This document shows, piece by piece, positions 20,716 to 28,740 of a DNA stretch of 64,000 nucleotides. Under the pieces are notes generated by a model. That model worked only from the letters and a program-made list of their open reading frames with translations, searched no databases and had not been told where the DNA came from. Position numbers and translations under genes: made by a program. The stretch comes from Cyanobacteria bacterium auto_48_18. Lineage in GTDB: Bacteria > Cyanobacteriota > Vampirovibrionia > Obscuribacterales > Obscuribacteraceae. The DNA is taken from contig JAVHQC010000029.1 of NCBI GenBank assembly GCA_036170915.1, positions 262,950 through 326,949 on the forward strand, in the 5' to 3' direction. Every line of letters starts with the position of its first letter. Within the stretch, counting starts at the first letter, position 1.

Positions 20716-21429
20716 TTAATTCACCTGCATCAAACTAAGCAGTTGAGAAAAATCAGAAAAAATAGTGACGTTGGCCATTTCTCTGGCTGAATCAGCCTGA
20801 TGCTGCCATTCTACCGTTTCCAACCAGAAAGATCTGATACCAAGGGCGGAGGCACCATGAATGTCACGCTCAAGGCTGTCACCGATCATAATTAAATCAT
20901 CAAAGGGCAACTTGAGTTTGGCGGCGGCAATCTCAAACATGCGCGCGTGCGGCTTTTCATGACCGCTTTCTTCACTGGTGACGATTGCTGAAATATAAGG
21001 GAAAATCTCAAGCGCAGCTATTTTATCGAACTGAATGCGGGCGGTAAGATCACTGACGATGGCCACGGGTAATTTGACGGCCTCGAGAAAAGCAAGGCAG
21101 CCAGGACGCAATTGCATGTTTTCGAAAAATACAGTCCAATAGATGTCTTCGGCCTGGGGAGCCAGCCGATAAGGCAAAATATCAAAATGCTCGCACACAC
21201 CTTGAAAATAAAGCAGGCGGCTATGCGAAGCGGCAAATCCGTGCAATTGTTGGTTAACGTGTTTGCGGCAGACGGCATAAGCTTTTTCGACAACGGCATA
21301 ATCTTTAGCAGTCTCCAGGGCTAACCAGTGCAGTGCGGCAGACAGAGCAGGCAAGTGGGCCCTCTGATAATCGTATATGGTGTTATCGAGGTCAAGAAGA
21401 ATACCCCTGATGCTCTTAACAACGCTCAC
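20716..21429 (-). CDS. HAD-superfamily (IA) phosphatase
   Basis: DLDNT motif I, VSD, EKP and MIGDSLERDI motif IV. Confidence 0.9.
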   Translation of the reverse strand: MSVVKSIRGILLDLDNTIYDYQRAHLPALSAALHWLALETAKDYAVVEKAYAVCRKHVNQQLHGFAASHSRLLYFQGVCEHFDILPYRLAPQAEDIYWTVFFENMQLRPGCLAFLEAVKLPVAIVSDLTARIQFDKIAALEIFPYISAIVTSEESGHEKPHARMFEIAAAKLKLPFDDLIMIGDSLERDIHGASALGIRSFWLETVEWQHQADSAREMANVTIFSDFSQLLSLMQVN

Positions 21430-23561
21430 TGATTTTCTTCCTTATCTTTCATCAAGTCATTGAGCACAAGCAAAATAATTAATTGCACAAATCCGCGCAA
21501 ACCTTCCACCCATTCAATCTCACCGTCTATCAATTCCTCTAAATTAGGAATCATGTCGCTGGCGAGCTTTTGCAGTAAGAACTTGGGCACTGGTTGAGAG
21601 AGAGTCAGGTCTTGTTTAGAAAGATTTTCACTGTAGTCCCAGTGCAAAAGCAATCCGTGACTCATTAGCTCTTGCACCAGTTCTTCAAGATGAATGCTCG
21701 AGCTAAGCGAAATTTTCAGTGATAGTTTGGCCTCGGCAGTGAGCGAGCCATCATCTAATAATGCTTGGGGATAATAGCGAATACAGAGATCAGCAAACTC
21801 TTTTTGCGGTGCGATAAATCTGTCTACATCAGTTTTACGACGAGTTACTTGAGCAGCAGCCTGTTGCTCTGTGTAGCCTCGTTCTCTATGATCTCTTGAT
21901 ACTTTCCAAAAAGTTTTGAGTTCCACTTCAGGATCCATAAAAATTTTGAGATCAATTACTTTGCGCGACTTTGGCAAATAAAATGTATGCAGGCCACTCA
22001 AGACAATGAAGTCATTGGGCTCAACGGTTGTGGCATTAGTAAAAGCACCGGTGGCGTGGTCATAATTGACGCGCTCGACACTGCGTCCACGCTTAAGGTT
22101 GAACAACGTATCGGCTTGCCTGTGCAAAAAATTAGCTTTGGGGTCAAGGTGGGTAATGTTCTTGCCTTTCCAGTTTGCATCATTGCGCGCCCATTTATGG
22201 TCAGCATCACCTTCAAGCTCTACCACTTTGTGGGCGAGCAACTTTTTGACGTCGTGCAGTAAAGTCGATTTGCCGGCACCACTATCGCCACCAATGCCGA
22301 TAACAATTGCCCGCTCTCGTTTGTATATGGAATTGCTGCGCACGCCAATGCGATAGCAGAGCACAATGTTGGCCATCAGTGCCGCTTCTAACAAGGTGAA
22401 CACCAGCGAGGCGAGATAGTTGCTATTGGTAGGAGCAAACAAATTCCAGGTGACCACCTGCCCTAGAAAAATTATGGCGGGATAATCGAAATGATGGAAA
22501 AACAGAAAATACAAAAGATAGAAGAAATACAAGGCATAGCCGGCCGGAACAATACGATTGTCACGACGACAATATTTGATCATGAAGATGCTGAGAAATG
22601 GTGCAATCCAAACGTACCAGCCTGGGGCGGGAACAATCAAGGCGACAAAAAGAGCAAAGACAATCAGCAGGAAAGCGTCGAGCAAATCGGTATTGATTTT
22701 GGCATAAAGAGCAAAGCGCACATAGGCTATGCACACGGCCAGTACGGGCAAAAAAATATGCATCGAGCCGATGTCTATATAAGATTCAAAAATTTGGCTC
22801 TGCTTAGGATTAAACAAAACAATGGCTTGAAAGCCTGGCGAAGCTAAAAATGGCACCACAAATAGTGCCAGCACCAGCAAAGCAAAAAGCAAATAGACTC
22901 CTGCACTTTTGCCTTTCTGATTGCGATAAAGATAAATCAAAAACAGGGGAACCGCTGCAGCCACGTGGGATTTGGTAGCCAGAGCCAACCCTGTTAGCAA
23001 GGCAGATTTAAAAGCATCTTGTTTACGTAAATAATAAAGCGCGGCAAACAGTATCGCCGTTGGTATCAAGTCTAGCTGCGAGTGAATATAACAAGCGTAC
23101 AAAATTATGGGTGATAGAAAGTAATACCAGAAAACTCTATCGACTCTGGTAGGAAACATTCTTACCAGTAACCAGGCAATTAGAATGTCACTCAGCAGCG
23201 TTGGCAATTTCATAAAGAAATTGACCAGATACAAATTTTCGAAGCCCAGAACTTTTAAGGGCAGACAGAAAAAGCCAAGCAAATAAAGCATGAGTGGCTG
23301 ATAAGGAAATTGATCGCGCTGAATAGTGGTCTGGTAGAAGAAATCCCAGGTGTTGTCGAAGTGACCGATAAAATGCTGCACGAACGGTATGAAGAGGGCG
23401 ACCATGTATCCGGAAGAAAACAGCACCATCAGGATAATCTTTGCCAGCACTACAAAAGCGAAGCTACCACCAGTCACGGGTGCCCGATTTTTAAAAGACC
23501 GCTGAGCTTCGCGGTCGACACTTTGCGCGCCGGTTTTTAGTGTAGTGTCCATCAAAACCAT
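21426..23561 (-). CDS. Fusion of a GT-C-like membrane domain and a phosphoribulokinase/uridine kinase-family domain
   Basis: N-terminal ~400 aa multi-TM with FPY, SPII..HSQLD and ATK; C-terminal IGIGGDSGAGKST, LDPKAN, YDHATG, GLH, WKVSRD..ERG and FIAPQKEFAD. Confidence 0.85.
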   Translation of the reverse strand: MVLMDTTLKTGAQSVDREAQRSFKNRAPVTGGSFAFVVLAKIILMVLFSSGYMVALFIPFVQHFIGHFDNTWDFFYQTTIQRDQFPYQPLMLYLLGFFCLPLKVLGFENLYLVNFFMKLPTLLSDILIAWLLVRMFPTRVDRVFWYYFLSPIILYACYIHSQLDLIPTAILFAALYYLRKQDAFKSALLTGLALATKSHVAAAVPLFLIYLYRNQKGKSAGVYLLFALLVLALFVVPFLASPGFQAIVLFNPKQSQIFESYIDIGSMHIFLPVLAVCIAYVRFALYAKINTDLLDAFLLIVFALFVALIVPAPGWYVWIAPFLSIFMIKYCRRDNRIVPAGYALYFFYLLYFLFFHHFDYPAIIFLGQVVTWNLFAPTNSNYLASLVFTLLEAALMANIVLCYRIGVRSNSIYKRERAIVIGIGGDSGAGKSTLLHDVKKLLAHKVVELEGDADHKWARNDANWKGKNITHLDPKANFLHRQADTLFNLKRGRSVERVNYDHATGAFTNATTVEPNDFIVLSGLHTFYLPKSRKVIDLKIFMDPEVELKTFWKVSRDHRERGYTEQQAAAQVTRRKTDVDRFIAPQKEFADLCIRYYPQALLDDGSLTAEAKLSLKISLSSSIHLEELVQELMSHGLLLHWDYSENLSKQDLTLSQPVPKFLLQKLASDMIPNLEELIDGEIEWVEGLRGFVQLIILLVLNDLMKDKEENQ

Positions 23562-23671
23562 CGATTGCTTACCAGTCTCATATGCCCGAAGCTGTGTGCC
23601 TCAGAACGCTATTTACAACCAGCAATTAATGCAGTTGCCGACAGGTAATCATACGAACCTATTTTGCGACG

Positions 23672-24160
23672 CTATTTTGCGGCTTTATTATCGTCTGGAT
23701 AGTAAAGGAAATCGCAACGAAACTGAGCTGGTGCTTCTTTGAAATCTGCCGGCAGTGGGGCAAAAGGCGAAAGCATTTTAACCGAATCAACGGTTCTTTC
23801 GATGGCCCTTTGACCACCTGTGGCACTGACAGTATGAACATCGGTGCACAAGCCCGGCCTAGTAATGGTGAAGACCACCGCCACACTATATCTGCGATCG
23901 CTTTTGAGCGGTCTCCAGCCATCGGTCAAACGGTTTTGCAAATCGATGCAATATTGCTGTTGGGCCGGTGTAAAACTTGACTCGCTCAAGGGCATTACCA
24001 TCACCCGATGCGGGCCCACTGGCCTGGTTTCGGTGCTGGTCGTGGTAGATGTAGTGGTAGAAGTAGTGGTCGTGGTTCGGCCCACAGTATCAGTCTTACT
24101 GCAACCACTAACCATGGCGGCAGGGATCAGCAAGGAACACAAGAGAACCGACAGACGCAT
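23672..24160 (-). CDS. Lipoprotein with Thr-rich linker and TonB/TolA C-terminal-like domain
   Basis: Lipobox MVSGC, poly-Thr linker, W.P...VAVVFTITRPG and SPFAPLP. Confidence 0.7.
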   Translation of the reverse strand: MRLSVLLCSLLIPAAMVSGCSKTDTVGRTTTTTSTTTSTTTSTETRPVGPHRVMVMPLSESSFTPAQQQYCIDLQNRLTDGWRPLKSDRRYSVAVVFTITRPGLCTDVHTVSATGGQRAIERTVDSVKMLSPFAPLPADFKEAPAQFRCDFLYYPDDNKAAK

Positions 24161-24232
24161 TGGTAGACCTCACGGAAGATAGACCCATTCTACACGAGGC
24201 CGATTAACTCAACCATTCTAATAGTTCTCAAT

Positions 24233-24646
24233 TTAGTGCCTGTCAACAGGAACGGGTCGGCGCACTTGAGCACCCACGCAAAGACCACCATCAAAATCGA
24301 GGTCGAGATAGGCGTCGTTAAGTACGTGAGTCATGGTGTAACTCAGTTGCGTTGTTTTACCGTCGACGATTTTGCGCTGACATGCCCTGGTACCGAGAAG
24401 CTTTTCCATCTGTTCCACAGTCTTACCGATTAGTCTGCCCGAGCTAAGCAGATCCTGCACCATGGAAAAACGCGATGGCCCCACAGCAAAATCCCAGATT
24501 TCGCTATTAAAAGGAAGTGGTGGTGGGCCTTGCACAAAGCTCACACCAAGAGCAGCAATAGCAATCAAGAAAACAACCTCGAGAGCCACTAACCAGCGAA
24601 AAACAGGTCGTGTGCGCCATAAAGTTTTCCAATCGACTTTGTTCAA
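24233..24646 (-). CDS. Hypothetical membrane-anchored protein with SmpA/OmlA-like motif
   Basis: One TM segment, then PFNSEIW...RFSMVQDL...LIGKT.EQMEKLLG. Confidence 0.6.
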   Translation of the reverse strand: MNKVDWKTLWRTRPVFRWLVALEVVFLIAIAALGVSFVQGPPPLPFNSEIWDFAVGPSRFSMVQDLLSSGRLIGKTVEQMEKLLGTRACQRKIVDGKTTQLSYTMTHVLNDAYLDLDFDGGLCVGAQVRRPVPVDRH

Positions 24647-24929
24647 AATTCTCTTTACTAAATCTGTCTACAACATAGGCTATTCCATTATAGCTAAAGC
24701 ATCAGCCGCCCCTGCGCTTGCAAACTTGCGTCAACAGAGTTGGCATCCGGCTGAGCGGGGATGTAGCATGGTGAAAGCACAGGAAACCCCAAGAAACTCG
24801 CGAAACTAACAAAGAGCTCATCAAAAACTCGCATAGACATAGTTGCCAATTCGCAAAGTCAGCCTGGTTACCAAATTGATTTCAGAATAATTCCTCTGTT
24901 CCGGTCGTTGTCAAAATAGGGTCACAGCG

Positions 24930-25628
24930 ATGTTTCTATTCCTATGCTTGTCTTTATGCACATCTTTGTCGCTATCTGCATCAGCACCCATTTGGGCCTC
25001 TTCACCAACAAAAAACAAAGAAGTAGTTCAGTACAAGAAATTTGTCCCCATCAGATATCCACTTAGATTCGTGCCCATCATTCGCCGCGGTGACAACTTC
25101 TTGCAAGATGAAGAATTTAGCAAGGCAGTTGAGTGTTATAGCGACGCTATCAAGCAATCGCCCACCACCAGTGACTTCTACTCCAAGCGCGCTAACGCCT
25201 ACGAATTGCTAAAAAAACCGGCATTGGCACTGGCCGACTGGAACAAAGTTATCGCTCTTGAACCCAACGGCCCCAACTTTGTCTGTCGCGGTCGTGCCTA
25301 CGATAACCTAGGTAGAGACAAGGAGGCATTGAAAGACTATTTAAGCGCTATTGAACGTGGCTCGAAATCAGCCAACAAAGACGCTGCGCGAATCTATAAA
25401 CGAACAGGTCAATACGAAAAATTTGTGGCAGCAATAAGCTCGTACATTATGATAATGCGCCCACTTGAGCGTATTCCCTTCTATTTTGATCGCGCCTCAG
25501 GTTACGACAAACTAGGCAAGACCGCACTGGCAGAGCAAGATCGCAAAATTGCCAATCAACTTTTAAACCAGAGTGGTGCTGAGAATATGGATAAATATCC
25601 GACCGTAGTGCAGCATAGAAATAAGTAG
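24930..25628 (+). CDS. Exported TPR protein
   Basis: Signal-like N-terminus and TPR units (KAVECYSDAIKQSP, ALADWNKVIALEP). Confidence 0.8.
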   Translation: MFLFLCLSLCTSLSLSASAPIWASSPTKNKEVVQYKKFVPIRYPLRFVPIIRRGDNFLQDEEFSKAVECYSDAIKQSPTTSDFYSKRANAYELLKKPALALADWNKVIALEPNGPNFVCRGRAYDNLGRDKEALKDYLSAIERGSKSANKDAARIYKRTGQYEKFVAAISSYIMIMRPLERIPFYFDRASGYDKLGKTALAEQDRKIANQLLNQSGAENMDKYPTVVQHRNK

Positions 25629-25738
25629 CGGCAAAGATACAAGTAAATTAGTGGTATTACTGATAGTGCCAAGAGACTAGTACCAAGGAACCAAACAACT
25701 GTTCGCCTCAGCTAATTTTTTGTATGAAGATCTCAAAA

Positions 25739-25825
25739 TGGCGGAGAGGGTGGGATTTGAACCCACGTGGCTTGCGCCCATCCGCTTTCGAGGCGGCGCC
25801 GTTATGACCGCTTCGGTACCTCTCC
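25739..25825 (-). tRNA. tRNA-Ser, anticodon CGA, CCA encoded
   Basis: GGAGAGG acceptor stem, anticodon loop CT-CGA-AA, long variable arm, GGTTCAAATCC T-loop, ends CTCTCCGCCA. Confidence 0.97.
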
Positions 25826-25907
25826 TCATCAGAAGAAGGTCATTCTATCAGCAAAGTGCGATAATTCGGAAAGGCAAACCTGGACGACCTCACAAACTTA
25901 ATTTAAA

Positions 25908-26735
25908 ATGCTCTCCCAAATAAGATCACTGTTACAAGACGAAGAAGTAGAGCATCAGTCACTTCTAGAGATAACCATCGCTGGTGGCGACACCATGTTT
26001 GCCTTCCGCACCAGCGGAAGTAAAGCAGTAGATTACTGGCAACGCTTGCGCATCGCCCTGGCAAAAAACTCTTTTCAATCTGCTGGAAAAACCGTTCAGC
26101 TCACTCCTGTATTGCTCGGCACAGAACAGTCGTTCGAACTGACAATGGAGCATCTTGGTGAGCTTGAACAGACAACCCCTCCATCAATGGCAGAAGTAAT
26201 CGCCGATGGCGAAAAAATTGACCTGCAGAACTGGCTTGCTGAGCGTCTGGAACGATTTGTCTGCCCTCCAGGCCAGTGGCCGGCTGCACTTAAAGTTGGC
26301 CTGGTTCTAGAGCCCGAGCCGCTCTCAGGGCCCGAACAACCGCTGGCAATTTGCATCTGGGATCAAGCCCTGGACAAAATGGTAGTTGGTCAGTACGTTT
26401 ACATGGCCTTATTGCCCACTGCCAATGCTTACTCACTTCCACTGCTTTTAAATTTTGGTGGCCAGGAAAATTGCCCCACGCCAGCAGTTCATTACGCCAT
26501 GCTCAAGCGCTGGCAAGAGCTTTATGGCGCTACGGTGCTGGCCATCGAGCCAAACGCCATTGAGTGTTTTGTGGAGCAGCCGCCCATGACTAAAGAACAA
26601 GCGCTAAAAATTGCTCGCGAACATTATGGCTATTGCAACGCGGTTATAGATGAAGCAGAAGAAGGCGAAGGCGAGCTTGCTCCCTACGCGTACGAGCTAC
26701 TCAACCATCAACTGTGGAGTTTCTGGTGGGACTAA
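25908..26735 (+). CDS. DUF4253-like protein
   Basis: C-terminal RWQELYGA...PP.T...A.EHY.YC...WSFWWD pattern. Confidence 0.8.
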   Translation: MLSQIRSLLQDEEVEHQSLLEITIAGGDTMFAFRTSGSKAVDYWQRLRIALAKNSFQSAGKTVQLTPVLLGTEQSFELTMEHLGELEQTTPPSMAEVIADGEKIDLQNWLAERLERFVCPPGQWPAALKVGLVLEPEPLSGPEQPLAICIWDQALDKMVVGQYVYMALLPTANAYSLPLLLNFGGQENCPTPAVHYAMLKRWQELYGATVLAIEPNAIECFVEQPPMTKEQALKIAREHYGYCNAVIDEAEEGEGELAPYAYELLNHQLWSFWWD

Positions 26736-27371
26736 TTATTGAACGTGTGCAGGGCGATTGGCAATCTGAACAGCATGCAATTCAGCTTGAGTTTTCAGAG
26801 TAGCCATCACTTCAGGCATATCAATGCGGCACTGACGACGCACTAGTGGCTGGGGCAACAAGAACCCGCCATCTACATAGCTGGCATAAGTAACCAGGGT
26901 GGTGCGACCGCCATCAAGCGGCTCAAGCTTCCAGTATCCGTCTACTTGTTTGAAAGCACCAGAAACTCGGTGCCATTCTAATGAATGTGGTGCGCTTTCT
27001 TTAACTTCTACCGTGTATTCATATGTACCGGGAATACCTGACGGAGCTAAGACGTGCTTAACAATTTTGCTGGTGCCATGATCTTGAACCAACTTGCTTT
27101 TCTTTAGTTGAGGAAAAACTTTTGGTGCATTGTCGTAATCAGCCAGAATTTGAAAAACTTTATCGGGAGGCGATTTGATCGTCACGCGAGCAACTGTATA
27201 AGTTTTGCCGTGAATCAACTCTTCAGAAAGATTCTCATGATGAGCCTTCGCTTGGCCTTTTGCCTGAGCAATTTGCCCGTCACCTGCAGGAGCGAGAACG
27301 GAGCATAAAAGCGACGAAGATACGGAGGCTGCGATAACGAGAGCAGCTGCCGTTTTATTGAGAAATTTCAC
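26736..27371 (-). CDS. SRPBCC (START/cyclase-dehydrase) family protein with signal-like N-terminus
   Basis: I.SPPDKVFQILADYDN.P, G.FKQVDGYWKLEP and TLVTY pattern. Confidence 0.8.
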   Translation of the reverse strand: MKFLNKTAAALVIAASVSSSLLCSVLAPAGDGQIAQAKGQAKAHHENLSEELIHGKTYTVARVTIKSPPDKVFQILADYDNAPKVFPQLKKSKLVQDHGTSKIVKHVLAPSGIPGTYEYTVEVKESAPHSLEWHRVSGAFKQVDGYWKLEPLDGGRTTLVTYASYVDGGFLLPQPLVRRQCRIDMPEVMATLKTQAELHAVQIANRPAHVQ

Positions 27372-27430
27372 TAGATTCCTGCCTTTTCTGATCGGAAGAC
27401 TAAATGTCTCGCGAAGAGGAAACTGTCGCC

Positions 27431-27473
27431 GTGTCGAACTTAAAAGTAGTGTCGAACTTCAAGTAGTGTCGAA
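27431..27473. repeat. Three tandem 17-18-bp degenerate repeats with core GTGTCGAA
   Basis: GTGTCGAACTTAAAAGTA / GTGTCGAACTTCAAGTA / GTGTCGAA; a related TCGAACTTAAA lies at 27528-27538. Confidence 0.85.
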
Positions 27474-27708
27474 TACAATACTGAAATGGAATTAATCGTC
27501 AACCGTGCCATTGAGAACGGTATCACATCGAACTTAAATTAGGTAGCCGTAAGGAAGATATAGAAGCGGCTACCACGTTCACATGCACATGATGCACAAT
27601 GAACAGAGAAGGCATTCTACTTGCTATTGACTTCCCTATCAAGCAAGATTGCTTTAAAGGTAACGAATGTGACCGTAATCCCCCCAATCCAGCACCCCTG
27701 TCAGGCTC

Positions 27709-28740
27709 ATGAACCACGCCTTAGTTGTCTATAATCCCACCGCAGGCTCGGCAGCTGGCCCTGAACTGTGGCTGGGCGCCTGCATACATCGCCTTTGCAC
27801 AGAAGGAAACTACAAGGTCACCACTTTAAGCACCACTGCCGAAACCACCCCCGACAATCTCATGGAAGGGCTCGATCAAAATTTCGACGTAGTGGTGGCG
27901 GCCGGTGGTGACGGCACGGTGCGCATGGTCATTCACGCCCTGGCCAGTAAAAAAGTAAATACGAAGATAGGCATCGTGCCGCTGGGCACCGGCAATTTAT
28001 TAGCCCGTAATTTAAAAATTCTCGAAGACAATTTGCTCACAGATCCTGTTGATATTGCTCTCGACATTATTTTGCATGGCGAAGGTCTACTGATCGATCT
28101 TGGCCTCATGAACGGCCATTACTTTGCCGCTGCTGCAGGAGTTGGGCCCTTATCAGACGCTGTGGTCACACCCGGCAAACGAGACAAAGAAAATTGGAAA
28201 ATGCTTGCCTACGCCAGCTCAATGGTGCAAACCTTGGGCCAGGCGCCTGTGTTATTCAAAGTCACCGCCGACGGTGACATATTTAAAATTGCCGCATCAG
28301 GAATCTTCGTCACCAATGTGCCCGACTTAGGGGTAGGAATGCTTTCTGAATCAGCCTCAATGCAAGACGACCTGCTTGACCTCTGTATTCTTTCGCCACG
28401 CGAATTTGGCGACTACCTTAAATATGGCTTTCATTTTGCAGCAGCGTCTGGTGGCTTAAGCGGAAGCAAAGCACCTTATTATGTGAAAAAAGTGAAGACT
28501 GTAGAAATTGAAATCGTACCTAGAAGGCGGCCGCTATCGTTTATTCAGCAAGGCTACAACCAACTAAAGTATGCAATTACCGGTCAGGTGGAAGGTCACA
28601 GCCCACAAAATCAGGGACTGGCCATGATTGATGGCGACGCCTGTGGTATGACACCAATGCATATTGAGTCGGCACCTCAGGCAGTGCAAATCATAGTGCC
28701 CTCTAAAGCACAGCAACAACGTCAATCGTGGTTAAAATAA
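27709..28740 (+). CDS. Diacylglycerol/lipid kinase family (YegS/BmrU-like)
   Basis: YNPTAG, AAGGDGT, PLGTGNLLARNL and IDGD motifs. Confidence 0.9.
   Translation: MNHALVVYNPTAGSAAGPELWLGACIHRLCTEGNYKVTTLSTTAETTPDNLMEGLDQNFDVVVAAGGDGTVRMVIHALASKKVNTKIGIVPLGTGNLLARNLKILEDNLLTDPVDIALDIILHGEGLLIDLGLMNGHYFAAAAGVGPLSDAVVTPGKRDKENWKMLAYASSMVQTLGQAPVLFKVTADGDIFKIAASGIFVTNVPDLGVGMLSESASMQDDLLDLCILSPREFGDYLKYGFHFAAASGGLSGSKAPYYVKKVKTVEIEIVPRRRPLSFIQQGYNQLKYAITGQVEGHSPQNQGLAMIDGDACGMTPMHIESAPQAVQIIVPSKAQQQRQSWLK

Noticed and set aside
21426..22320. Calvin cycle or autotrophy inferred from the PRK-like domain
   Set aside because: No RuBisCO or carboxysome genes in the window; the domain is fused to a membrane glycosyltransferase-like protein in a glycan operon
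24028..24076. GTAGTGGT-like nucleotide repeats
   Set aside because: Explained by the poly-Thr linker codons of the lipoprotein on the minus strand
25739..25765. attL/attR duplication of the tRNA 3' end
   Set aside because: I found no second copy by eye and no integrase in the window
25720..25923. 67-aa ORF (MAERVGFEPT...)
   Set aside because: Typical antisense translation of the tRNA-Ser gene
27431..27473. CRISPR array or iterons
   Set aside because: Units abut with no unique spacers, are degenerate, and have no rep or cas gene nearby
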